From positions 4,092,001-4,156,000 of the forward strand of contig CM120640.1 in assembly GCA_051362555.1 (NCBI GenBank): a stretch of 64,000 nucleotides of DNA. Reading direction: 5' to 3'. The DNA is from Lingula anatina. Lineage: Eukaryota > Animalia > Brachiopoda. The position numbers and the translations under genes were made by a program. Every line of letters starts with the position of its first letter. The first letter of the stretch is position 1. Under the pieces are notes generated by a model. It saw only the letters and a list, made by a program, of their open reading frames with translations, searched no databases and was not told the origin of the DNA. Shown piece after piece: positions 51,935-63,866 of this stretch.

Positions 51935-52236
51935 GGGACCATTCAGATCGAGAAGAGCTGAGTGGTAGCTAGGCCTCGACCTAAATATGGCTGCAACCTA
52001 AATATGGTGGACCTACATTAAAGAAAGATAGCCTTATCCTGTAATGGTCTCTCCATCCATCACACGCCTACCCATGCGTCAAATCTCGACCTGTTGAATT
52101 GAGCCGAGGTTTCATGGGGAGGCATGTGAGAGGCGGAGAGACCATTACACGATTAAGCTATCTTCCTTTCATGTAGGTCCACCATATTTAGGTTGCAGCC
52201 TAGCTAACACTTGGCTCTTCTCAATCTGAATGGCCA
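51935..52236. mobile_element. Long foldback MITE
   Basis: Arms ccattcagat..gagaagagc..tagctaggc..caacctaaatatggtggacctacat..aagatagc..gtaatggtctctcc are mirrored over about 140 bp. Confidence 0.85.
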
Positions 52237-52413
52237 TTTATTGAAAGTTAACTACTTTCTCCATTATTTTTTCCAACAGGCCAGATCAAGTGAAGGACTT
52301 TCACTGACTAAACAAATAAAAAAGTAATATGAGTTCTACTTTAACAGTGTACATGTATATGAGCTTCATGTATGTGGACGTCGTGTGGGAGATGTAGATT
52401 TTGTCAAAGATTT

Positions 52414-52556
52414 CCCTTACCAAATATCAGACCTGCTGCAAATTTGCAGCAAATATTGCTGCAAACTGTTATTCCTTCTTGCAAATTAGCAGAAATAAAA
52501 TTTTGCAGGAAAACTCATGCAAACTTGTTGCTGCAAATTTTTGATTTTGCTAAGGC
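52414..52556. mobile_element. EnSpm-like MITE with TTTGCAGCAAA subrepeats (inverted relative at about 50682-50800)
   Basis: CCCTTACCAAA ... TTTGCTAAGG termini; the internal tgcagca/tgctgca repeats are shared with 50682-50800. Confidence 0.6.
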
Positions 52557-52942
52557 AGGATATTGGTTAATGGTAATACATTCTTGATCAGCAGCATTTT
52601 GTTAAGAGCTGTATTGTTCTTGCATGCTTTTTATTGTGCATTATGTGCTAAATGTTTATATTGCCATACCATAACAGATAATTAACAGAAGCTTAAAGAG
52701 TAAGGGTTCCGAGTGCGTTTTTTGTCATCTTTAGACACTTAATGAACAAATAAACATAACCCAAGATTGAAAAATAAATCGGTTTCGATTAAGACAATAT
52801 ATCACTAGATTTGTAAAAATACACACCAGAAGACTAATCAATGTGACACAGTACCGGTGGTCTCGTGACCCTCCTTTCTAACCAGCATTCTATGGAGTGT
52901 GAGTGCAGGTGTGCACATCAGTTTTTCCTGTGTTTAACAAAA

Positions 52943-53362
52943 ATGAGGAGAGTTCAAAAGAGAAAGGGACACTTCTGTGTAGCTTACGGCTGTTCAAGCA
53001 GCTCTGTTTCATTTCATTTGTTCCCCAAAGCGCCAAAAGCACCTGCAATTAGAAGACAGTGGATTGCCTTTGTGAAAACAACAAGGAAAGATTACATGGA
53101 GCCCTCCCAGCATTCGGAACTTTTTGAAAAACATTTCGATGTTACGTGCTACCCTTTTAAGTACCAATTGCTAAGGAATATGGGGAAAGAAGATGAAAAA
53201 GTTTGAAAGAGTTATTACCCGACGCTGTACCAACCATACACGTTCTCAATCAAGTGAATCAAGTTGCCCAAGCCGAGTCAAGTGAAACTGCAAGTGCAAC
53301 TGTTAGAGCAGATGGAGATATAAACCATTGAGGTCTATATACAGAAAAAGGGAGTTGTCAAA
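52943..53362 (+). pseudogene. THAP zinc-finger domain relic (transposon-derived)
   Basis: CVAYGC..SFHLFP..RRQWIAFV..ELFEKHF, with the third zinc-ligand Cys replaced by Phe. Stop at 53204-53206; the AVPT box (LLPDAVPTIH) is in another frame. Donor gtaagt at 53363. Confidence 0.8.
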
Positions 53363-54894
53363 GGTAAGTAATACCAGTTTAAATCAGTATGAATTGATAA
53401 GATGTAAGGGATATAGCGTAGCAACATGATATGTTGTACATGTACTGTGGGAATAATGCTTATTGTCCCTCAATTTTAAACATTATAACAGGTTATATCA
53501 CTTTACTTAAAACATATTTTAATAAAATGTTGCAAGAGTATGAAATGGAGGTATCCATTCCTCAAGTTCAGAGAAGAGAATCTGCAGAAACTCTGACTGA
53601 TGGTCAAGAGATAGGATCTGGAGAAGATCAAATGGAATATACAGACATGTTGGATGTTCCTTTGGTGAGTTCTTGATAACATATACATGTATGTCTTCAT
53701 TTCGTCTCAATTGCCCTATAGTTTGAACATTTGATAGATTTCAAATGTTAAATCCTGTTATTCACTTGTGTTGCTCATTTTATTACTCTTTAAGTTGATG
53801 GGTATGGATTGTTTATGGTGGGATAAACATTAATATGATGGTTGAAAATATCTGCAACTATATTTATTGTACTTTTGTACATGAAATATCTTAACCTTTC
53901 AGGATATGTTCACCAGCTCCTCAGATGCCTGATGCAGTCTATGCAGGAGGACATCCTTGATGAAACTGCACTAGGGAAAGCCCCCTCCATTGTGTGCACA
54001 ATACAAAAGACCAAGACTTAAAAGAAATTCAGAACTTGTCTAGATTTAATAAGTAATTTGGATAAGTGTGACATTCATGAGGACTAAAAAAATGTCAAAA
54101 TTCTAGGTTTACAATTTAGTTTACAACACTACTTTTCACAGAAAACATCCTTACTGCTATTACTACAAAAAAGAAGTCCAGATCTATTTTTTTTTTTTTT
54201 TTTTTTTTTGGATTTAGTGGACCTTAACATATTCCTTCTTTTCCCACAAAAAATTTATGGTTACATAATTTTTTGAAATAAAGATTCCACAGAATACTCA
54301 AAGACAAAATTTAAACAGCTAAATACTTATACAAAATATCTATGTCATGATTCAATTACAAAAAAAAAAATTAAAAAATTATTCTGTCAAATATCATTAC
54401 TTTAACTAACAATTGTAATTAATTCAGTTCATTGTCTATTCCATTGCTGTACAAAGACATCATTATTCTAATGAAATGAAATTAGAATTTTTATGCTTCC
54501 AAAATATTTTGATAGAGATAAATGTCCAGTTATCATACAGATTGTTTAAACAGCTTTTCTAATGGACTGTACATTTAAAATCTCATCATTTAAACGATTC
54601 AGTATCAGGTATATCATGAAACTATATTCTTCCTTCTATAATACATATCTTGGGAATCTCCCCACATGTTGGAAATTTACCATTTTTGAATAAAAAAACC
54701 TACTGTCACATATTCTTTATAATTCAATTTAACCTTATCTGTAAACACAATTTATGTTATTATTTTCAAATATGTAAGTCATTTGGTGCAATTTTACTTA
54801 AAACATTGAAACAAGAATATCAAATACTGAGCCAAGTGTAAAATATCTATAAATCTAATTTTTCCGAACCTACAGTACAGCTCTAACTGATGCA

Positions 54895-56050
54895 TTATCC
54901 TTTAACTGAATAAAAAAAATCATATCTTAATTTGCAGTGTGGAAGAAGTGTCCATTTTAGTTTCTTTGCCATAAACTTTCTCTGCACCTTTTTGTTGTCT
55001 CTGTTAAAGTCCCATTTTACACCTGTCCATTCTTTTGTGTTCTCACAAACATTTTCTGTGTCTGAGCCTTGTTTGTCTTCATTCTCTACAACTTTTACTA
55101 CCTCACCTGCACTTTGTTTCATCTCTACTTCAGAAACTTTGTCTCTGTCTGTATCTTTAAAAATAGGAAAGTCCATTCCCATCCGTTCGTCAGTAAGTCC
55201 TTCATGAGCATTATTTTCAAAATCTGTCACAGCCCTTTCATCTACAGCATGTTTCTCCTCATACTGTGGGTCATCATTATCAAATCCTTCATCAGCACTC
55301 TTCACATTATCTGTTAAAACATTATCATCTACAGCAAGTTTCTTATCATACTTCAGTTCACCCATTTTACTCTCACTTAATCCGTTGTCATCATCATCAT
55401 CAGTTTTCTTCCCTAGCTTTTAATCATAATCTTTCTCGACAGACACTTTGTTTCTCCCCTTTTTCGAAATCAGTTCTCTGTCCTACCTCTTGATCATTTA
55501 CAAAAATAATGTCCTCGCTCAGTTCATTCCCATCATTTTCTTCACCTACAACTTGTTCCTTCACAAACTCCATCATACATCCATCTTTCTTAGCAGTACT
55601 CAATGTCTCGACTTCAGTTCCCTTCTCCATTTCTGATGGTCCATCTACTTTGCTTTGGTTTCTATCTTTAACTTCTTGTTTCATTTCAGATTCTGCACTA
55701 ATGTCATTATTTTGTTGCTGCAAACAGCCACATTGTTTTTGTAACAAGTCGGCTAGTTTAGATAGGCATTCTACAAGCCTGCCGTTAATATTATAGTCCT
55801 TTTCAGAATCCCAGTCATCATCTTCGTACACATACTAATCTTCAAAGTTGGATCCATAGCTACACTGTATATCCCTCCCCTGCAGTGATCCTGGTCGAGC
55901 TCGCCATTATGTAGGGGTCCATGTTCCACCCTACCCAGGTTCTTCTAATATTTTGCTTGTCACTGATGCATGGGAGAGGGAATATAACCACAAACTCACA
56001 TATTCAGTTCCAAGTCTAAAAGTGTCTTTATTAGGTCCCAACATTCAGCA
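54895..56050 (-). mobile_element. Degenerate LTR retrotransposon 5' part (LTR end, PBS, broken acidic ORF1)
   Basis: Minus strand ...CCCCTACA-taa-TGGCGAGCTCGACCAGGA at 55917-55889: an LTR CA end followed by a PBS similar to the tRNA-Arg 3' complement. AATAAA upstream at about 56030. Then broken D/E/K-rich ORFs at 55831-55424 and 55365-54895. Confidence 0.5.
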
Positions 56051-56879
56051 TTTATACACATTATCTACAGGGAATCTATCTGCATGCTACAGTGGCAGCA
56101 ACTCATTTAAATACTAATTGCAATGCAATAGATAACAAGTGAGAGCTTCTACTTTTAAGTTATATCAGTTCTACTTATCATGGATAAATATACAGAGGAT
56201 GATAAATATTCATTCAAGACTGAAGCAAGGTGAATGCTAATATGCTGACTGATTGTATAAACATAATATGTAAATGAGTGATTTCATCACTTGCATTTAG
56301 TGGACCTTAACATGACTTTGCTGGGGGCTGACATTTTTCTTTGTTTCTGGCTACCGGCACATGCGCATTTATTGTTGGCATGACTTGAGCAATCAGCGCT
56401 TGCACCCCACACACGCTGAGCCATTTACCTTAAGAGGCCAAAAATATCAAACATGTGAGATGTTTTGCTCAGCTGTGCGAGAGGCAAAAATCTCACCAAA
56501 ATACCCCTGCAAATGGTGAGCAATTGGCGCGCCCACTTGCGCTGCGCCGTTTTCTCACCGTTTGCTTAAAGTTAGATGTGAAGCATGTGCATGTACATGT
56601 AGTTTATCTGTAATGCAAGTAAATCACCACTAACACTCAGTCAGAAGTCATCAGTGGGTCAGAAAAAAAACTTCAAATCTGCACCTTCTTCAAATTTCTG
56701 GTCATAAATTTGAACTAATTATCTACCCCTCCAAAGCGTATAAGTCAAATGACATAGCTATGAATGACATATAACTGCTACACGTGCAAGTGCATAATCA
56801 TTCAAATTAGAGTTAGCAGAAACAGCCAAAGGATATATATCTATATAGCAAAGAAAGAGAGCAAAAAATATACCTGCTC

Positions 56880-58150
56880 AAATATCATTTTTGGAGAAAT
56901 ATGATAATAAAAGTGGAGAGAAACATTACTCAGAAAGTTATCAAGAAGAAAGAAGATCCAAGTTGGGTTCCTTTTCATTGATTATACCAAGGCTTTTCAC
57001 TCTGTGTACCACGATGCCCTCTTGAAGACTCAATGACTCAATGACAGAGCCCCACAAAGCCATGATAATGCCAAAGGAGTGATGCGGGTAAACAACCAGC
57101 ACACTGAAGAGTTTTCATCTAAAAAAGGATTGAGACAGGGGTGCCTGGTATCACTGCTTCCTACAACACAATTGGTAAAAATCATGCAAGGAGCCTTAGA
57201 AAGACCACAAAATTGACTGGGCAAAGACCATGCAGGGAGAAATATGGAACATAAGATATGCAGAGGACACTGTAATGAACCTTTTCATACATATGGAATG
57301 AATGTCCTAAACTTATATAATTTTGTACGCTTAATTCAACCGTGGGCTCAAAATAGGACATTACATTTTTGACTTACTGAGCAGATAACGCAATCTAAAG
57401 ATTCCACAATTTGCATCAGATTTACGTGAGGCCGCGCAAAGAAAACCAAAGTCAACACAATGACCAGTTAAACGATTTAATCATTGACGCTCAGTATCTA
57501 CATATTCTAAGTGAATTAGTCTCCAACTCTTAACTTCTCGAAACCATGTCTGTCCATGCTACGTCTCTCTCCCATCTCCTCCTCTTTTTCTTCCCCCCCC
57601 CCCCTCCCAAAGGTATCAATTTTCATTGCTTATATACTAATTTGTTACCTTACATGGATCTAAACTTTAATTGCTTATAATTGTATAGTTAATTTCTTTA
57701 CTTCGGCGTTATACAAAGAGGCCGCCACACCTCAAGAACTATTGGACCACAACACTTTACATCACATGACCTCATAAGATTTTTATGTCGGACACAATGA
57801 TGCTGGTGAAGTCCAGAGAAGAATGCAAGGAGATGGGAAAGACTTTTATGAATGTAAGCAGAGAAGTGGGCCTCAACAAAACACCTGCAATGACAGTGCA
57901 TGGGGAGGGAGAGGTGGAGATAGAAGAGGAAAGGATTGAGAAAGTAAAAAGGGAGACAGTAAGGACAACATCAAGAGCAGAATTAGGCAAGCAAAATTTA
58001 TTACCAACAAAATGGAGGAAGTGTGGAAGGCAGAATTGAGCACATTTCAAAGTAAGATTAGGTTATGGCGTGGAGCATACTTCTGTCTGGGTGTGAAATG
58101 TGGGCCATCAGAAAACAAGAAGAGAGTCACAGGTGTTATGACTCAATCCT
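56880..58150 (+). mobile_element. RTE-like LINE reverse transcriptase relic, interrupted
   Basis: Translated fragments FIDYTKAFHSV (56974-), KGLRQGCLVS (57124-) and RYAEDT (57254-), resuming after an insertion as MMLVKSREE..EVGLNKT. Confidence 0.8.
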
Positions 58151-59737
58151 GTTTTGATTCTTTCAGACACACACAGGACAGCAAAACTGCAGCAAGCAGT
58201 ATCGTGTCTCCATTCAGATTCAACCCAGGGACCTAGCGTACTAAGTGGAAATATCCATTTATGATGTAATGACTGACATGAATATTAAATGTGATTAATT
58301 AAATTAGCTATATCCAGTTCCCACTTTTTGACACGTACGGTAATGACTGGGTCTTTTCAATGGAGGAAAATTGTGAATTTTACAGATACTGTATTTTTTT
58401 AAGTCATAATTTCTCAAAATAAGAGCAGTCCTATTGAGTGGTTGCAACAAAATTGAAAAGCAGACTACCTTATAGTTCTATTCTATGCATTAAAAGCACC
58501 ACAAATGCTTTACAAAAATATAACTTTCATGATTTTAAAATAATGTATCTGAAAGTTTGATAATTTTTGCCCATTGAAAAGATTGAGTAATTACCATAAT
58601 GCATGAGAGAAAACTTAATGTCAGGGTTATTTAAGTGCTGATTCAGGATCCCCACATGCTTTCCTGGCTCAGTGAAGTTCAGTCCACTCTAACCTGATAA
58701 TTTTCATGTGATCTATTTTACATTTTCCAAAATTTATGAATATGAAATAAAAATCGATGCATATTCTAAGCAGAAAGCATGCTCACAAGATCAATGCCAT
58801 GTTGATATTTTAATGCCCATGTCCCATTTTTGCTACCCAATATTGTGGACATATACATACACACACCTGTACACTATACCTCTTTTTTTAATGCCAATTT
58901 CATTGAAAGGTATTCCAATATCTTCCACGATAATCAGTATTTTGTGATGTTGCAATCGATCAAATGCTTTGTTGTAATCAATCAAACCAAAAAAGGTAAT
59001 CTTTCTTTCTTGAATTCTGTGCTTTCCAATTGTTCAAGTATGTAATTTCCACCTCATGTTCTGTTTTTCTTATTATAAGCCATCTTGCCTTTATCTTTCA
59101 CTATTTCTTAATTTTCATCATCAGCAATATTCTGTTAAGGATGAAGTTTCCTGATCTTCATATCAGGATGGCAGCAAAAAGATAATGTTTATGCCTGAAT
59201 CATAACATTTCTGTTTTAATAGTGCAAATGAAGATGAAAACAAGCAGCAAAAGATTAGTGATTACACTGATAAAGAAAGTACAAAGGTATGTAGATAAAT
59301 AACAGCATGACATATGTTGTATACTCCAAATTCAGATTTTTTCTCATGTTAAATCTATTGCAGCAACCATTTCTGACATAAATGTACCGAATGCTGCACT
59401 ATGCAGGATGTTTGCTTATATAGACTATATGCGTATGGTGACATATCATAGCCAAGCATGCATCATAAGCTCTACCCTTCCTACTTTTGAATATTTAACA
59501 AACACTGTACTTCAAATCCAAATGAAATACTAAATTTATCCAAATAAAATGGTTCAAGGGAATCGCAATCCATTCAACTTTCTCTACATTTTAGAAACAT
59601 GAACCATGTAGTGTTGGACGTTCAGTACAACATGACAACAGCTATAAAGGTCACCACACTTCCCCTGACCAGGTAGGTATGATATATTTGTTTAAAACAA
59701 AATAAAATGACATTTTTAATGCAATGCAATACAAAAT

Positions 59738-61216
59738 TTGCACTTGAAACAAAGGGCTCAGTCATCTTTCAATAATAAAAGCATGTATTCTGCTGCAAAT
59801 CCAAAAGTGGAAAACACAACTTCTGTACAAATTCTGCAGGAAGAAACCAAGTCATTTCCAAATGAAGAAAGTGAGTCTCCTGCTATCAACGGTTGGCCAG
59901 AGAAAAGATCTGCTCCAGCCAAAGATGAGGCATCAAAGGATTCTAAGACCAGGCCCCCCTTACCAGACAAACTTCCAGATGGTTCACTTCCAGCAGGTTA
60001 CACCAAGCCTAAATACAGAGGCTGCAATAATACCCTGATGAAAAAGAGCTACAAATCTTATATCTTTAGTATAATTTTAGTATTTTTCACTTGCGATGTT
60101 TATGCCCCTGATGTACGACATGTAAAAAATGTTGATAATCCAATGGTAGTTGATGGTGTTGACATTACCTTATACCAATATGTGCATCCTGTTGACCCAC
60201 AACTCCCAGCACAAGTTGAGGATAACGACGAGGATATCCATCACCAGCCAGGTCAGCACCCACAAGAAGGGTTTGATCTTACCTTATACCAAGATTTGCA
60301 TCCCGTTGATCCACAACTCCCAGTACAAGTTGAGGATAACTGCGAGAATATTCATCAACAGCCAGGTCAGCAACAAGAAGGGGTAGATCTTACTTTATAC
60401 CAAGATTTGCATCCTGTTGATCCACAACTCCCAGTACAAGTTGAGGATAACTGCGAGAATATTCATCACCAGCCAGGTCAGCAACAAGGAGTAGATCTTA
60501 CCTTATACCACGAATTGCATCCTGTTGATCCACAACTCCCAGTACAAGTTGAGGATAACTGTGAGAATATTCATCACCAGCCAGGTCAGCAACAAGAAGG
60601 GGTAGATCTTACTTTATACCAAGATTTGCATCCTGTTGATCCACAACTCCCAGTACAAGTTGAGGATAACTGCGAGAATATTCATCACCAGCCAGGTCAG
60701 CAACAAGAAGGGGTAGATCTTACTTTATACCAAGATTTGCATCCTGTTGATCCACAACTCCCAGTACAAGTTGAGGATAACTGCGAGAATATTCATCACC
60801 AGCCAGGTCAGCAACAAGAAGGGGTAGATCTTACTTTATACCAAGATTTGCATCCTGTTGATCCACAACTCCCAGTACAAGTTGAGGATAACTGCGAGAA
60901 TATTCATCACCAGCCAGGTCAGCAACAAGGAGTAGATCTTACCTTATACCACGAATTGCATCCTGTTGATCCACAACTCCCAGTACAAGTTGAGGATAAC
61001 TGTGAGAATATCCATTACCAGCCAGGTCAGCAACAAGAAGAGGTAGATCTTACCTTAATATACCAAGATTTGCATCCTGTTGATCCACAACTACCAGTAC
61101 AGGTTGAGGATGACTGCAAGAATATCCATCACCAGCCAGGTCAGCAACAAGAAGGGGCAGATCTTACCTTATACCAAGATTTGCATCCTGTTGACCAGAC
61201 TGCATCAATGGACTAA
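59738..61216 (+). CDS. Putative repeat protein with about 9.5 copies of a 37-aa Q/H/P/D-rich unit (unknown function; nested antisense in the FIG4 intron)
   Basis: 492-codon open frame; all unit-length variants are multiples of 3. Upstream exon-like segments 59223-59286 and 59595-59672 join in frame at acceptor 59840. Confidence 0.4.
   Translation: MHLKQRAQSSFNNKSMYSAANPKVENTTSVQILQEETKSFPNEESESPAINGWPEKRSAPAKDEASKDSKTRPPLPDKLPDGSLPAGYTKPKYRGCNNTLMKKSYKSYIFSIILVFFTCDVYAPDVRHVKNVDNPMVVDGVDITLYQYVHPVDPQLPAQVEDNDEDIHHQPGQHPQEGFDLTLYQDLHPVDPQLPVQVEDNCENIHQQPGQQQEGVDLTLYQDLHPVDPQLPVQVEDNCENIHHQPGQQQGVDLTLYHELHPVDPQLPVQVEDNCENIHHQPGQQQEGVDLTLYQDLHPVDPQLPVQVEDNCENIHHQPGQQQEGVDLTLYQDLHPVDPQLPVQVEDNCENIHHQPGQQQEGVDLTLYQDLHPVDPQLPVQVEDNCENIHHQPGQQQGVDLTLYHELHPVDPQLPVQVEDNCENIHYQPGQQQEEVDLTLIYQDLHPVDPQLPVQVEDDCKNIHHQPGQQQEGADLTLYQDLHPVDQTASMD
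60155..61197. repeat. 111-bp minisatellite (108/111/114-bp variants)
   Basis: tgatccacaactcccagtacaagttgaggataac recurs about every 111 bp. Confidence 0.95.
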
Positions 61217-62715
61217 CAGATCTGCGGATCAAATTTGGCTGACCTACCTTGAAAGCTTGGCCATATTTGATCCGCGAAACAACTTTGGTTATGAGTGCAG
61301 CACAAGATCCAAACAAAAGATACCTTATACAGTCAACTGTTGCTGATGAAGCAGTGTTGGTGCCATTGTTGTGGGATGTTACGTGTAGAAGTGTGTGTTG
61401 AAAACAGAAATATTTAACTTCAGGGTATATTTATATATTAGCTGAAAAAATTATTGTTATTATTATTATTATCAAGCTTTAGAATGTAGTGGGGAGGGGG
61501 GAACACCCACTGTTACCCCCCCCCCCCCCTTGCAGGCCCAGGCACTACATTTTTAAATCAAGTAGCCATTAAAAGTTGTATTCTAATATATGAAATCAAC
61601 AAACAGAAATATGAGTTATAACACTTCTTTTATTCATATCCGTTTGGACCCTTCATTCAAATAGTTGATTTCTCTCTTTTTGGCCAGACACACTTACCTT
61701 TAACAACACACAGGTGCACACTTAAACAAATTTTTCTCTTACTTAACATTTGAGTTTATTTCCATTTTTGACACTTTATTATACAATAAGAGATTAACCA
61801 TCATTTTTATATAATCAATGAACAATATTGGTCAGATGTAGAAAATGTCAAAAGAACACTTTTACATATCTAATTAGTTCAATAATGATACTGTTAACAT
61901 ACTTAAGTACTGAATCTGAGGAAAAACCACTGATATACAAAAAAAAAGGCAAAACTTCATGAAAACAGAACCAACCAAGCTGATTTTCAAACTCAGCGAG
62001 TATTTTAGTGAGATCATTCCTGTACGTTTGAAGACCATAGGCCTATTGGTTTTCCTTGAAATGTGTTATCAGTGTTGCATGTATGCTGAAAATTGCAAAA
62101 TATATATGAAAACTAAAGATATGTTAAAGCAAATGGTTGAGGGAAAAAAAGGGAATAGGTTGGTGCAGACGGTTCTTAGCACTGTTTTTCATTTGCTTCT
62201 TCAAGGTACTGCTTGTTCTGAATCAATATTATTACCTTTACTATCCTAAAATCTTTCATTGTATATAAAGGTTCTTTGGTGTTGTTTACATTATTATCAT
62301 TGTTATTTTGTAACCTTTCAATGTATTTACTTTTCATGGTGATGCTTATATTAAAACTTGCAGTGTACACATCTTGATGGCGCTTATAGCATTGTTATTG
62401 CTATTGTCAAGGTACATAATTTTAAAGGTGTTGTCAATATTTTATTTAGTATAAGTTGGTGGAAGTCATTTCCATGGCACTGCTTACAAAACTCTTACTG
62501 CACATAAAGTAATATAATTATATATTTCAATGGCAACTAACAAATATCCCATTTTTCTTGTTTGAAAAAAGGAGGAATGTGTTAGGAACCACAGTATAGA
62601 AAATACTGTATCTAGTACTTTTAAAACATCCATACATGATGTAGTATTAATTCAATCAGAGGAAGCCATAGTTTGATAAAATTCACACACAGAAAGCCAA
62701 GATGTATAAGTAGCT

Positions 62716-63180
62716 TTAAACCCCATTCCCACAGATTTTAGATCGATCTATCCCCATGGGAGTCTCACTAGATTACTGTCAGCTTAGCCAGCTTAAATGT
62801 CTGTTCTGCCTACTAAAAGCTGAAAGGGGGTAATTAACTTCCGTGCGTGGTCGGCTGACAGCAATTAAGCGTGAACCCCCAGGGAGTTAGGTCGATCTAG
62901 ATGGATCGATCTAAATCTCTGGGAATGCGCTCTTAGACTGGGTTCCTATGCCTAGATCGATCCATCTGGATCGATCTAACTCCCTGGAGAGTCTCACTAA
63001 ATTGCTGTCAACTAACGGGCCTAAATGTCTGTCACGCCTACCTAATAAGTTATAGGGTAAAGATAATTACCCCCTAACAGCTTTACTAGGCATGACAGAC
63101 ATTTAAGCCGGTCAAGTTGACAGTAAATTAGTGAGACTTTAGATAGATTGATCCAAATATCTGTGGGGATGGTCCCTTAG
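62716..63180. mobile_element. Two abutting palindromic family-D MITEs
   Basis: 62716-62935 is the reverse copy of 28612-28835. 62933-63180 is a related foldback (tagatcgatccatctggatcgatctaactccctgg...). Confidence 0.75.
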
Positions 63181-63411
63181 ATTATATTTCACACTTAGCA
63201 GTTCAAATTTTACTTTCCTTTGTTTGAAGCCAGTAATTTATTAGAGCTTGATGACATGGAGTTATTAGGAGTGCCCACAAGAAGGGGATAAATTTGTGTC
63301 TAAAGTAACCAATCAGTTTTTAAGTTATGTGATTGACAATTTAATTGATAAAGTTTGGCATAAAAATCTGTGAACTTAAATCTAGAAAGGAGAGAGGAGA
63401 TTGACAGAGAA

Positions 63412-63570
63412 CAGGGGCGCATCCAGAGATATTTTCCAATAGTTTTCCAAATTATCTTTGTTGATTTATCTTCCATTTTCTTCCAACAGGAAAAATTGGA
63501 TACCCATCAATGTAAACTTGAAAATTTGACCGTCTTTCAACACCCAGAAGACGGCCTCAATCCACCCCTG
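63412..63570 (+). mobile_element. MITE family C copy 3
   Basis: CAGGGGCGCAT / ATCCACCCCTG; TSD GAGAA / GAGAA. Confidence 0.85.
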
Positions 63571-63798
63571 GAGAAGGGGGAGAGCTAGAGACCGTACTTG
63601 TACCATGTAACTCTTAGTGTAGTAAAATAAATTCTGTAGAAGTTACAACATGGAGTCCTTTCATTCTTTTCCGTGTGTAGAGTTTAAGGCTAGAACCTGG
63701 GATTCTCTGTAACAGTATTACATAGGTTTTATATAAAAAGTTATTAAATGTAATGTGGAGGCCCCGGGATAAGTAAAGGGAGGTACCCAACACTAAGC

Positions 63799-63866
63799 AT
63801 ATGACTTCCTATTCAAGCTGAATAGTAACTATGGGTGTATCTCTGTATCTCTGCTAATTTTGGAGT
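63799..63866 (-). repeat. Orphan fragment of the HINE-A satellite monomer
   Basis: atatgacttcctattcaagctgaatagtaactatggg..tatctctg..ttttggag matches the monomer. Confidence 0.65.

Noticed and set aside
56828-56840. ATATCCTT (AT-AC donor) on the minus strand as the FIG4 upstream donor
   Set aside because: The adjacent sequence is not FIG4 coding, it sits at the edge of the LINE relic, and the acceptor is AG.
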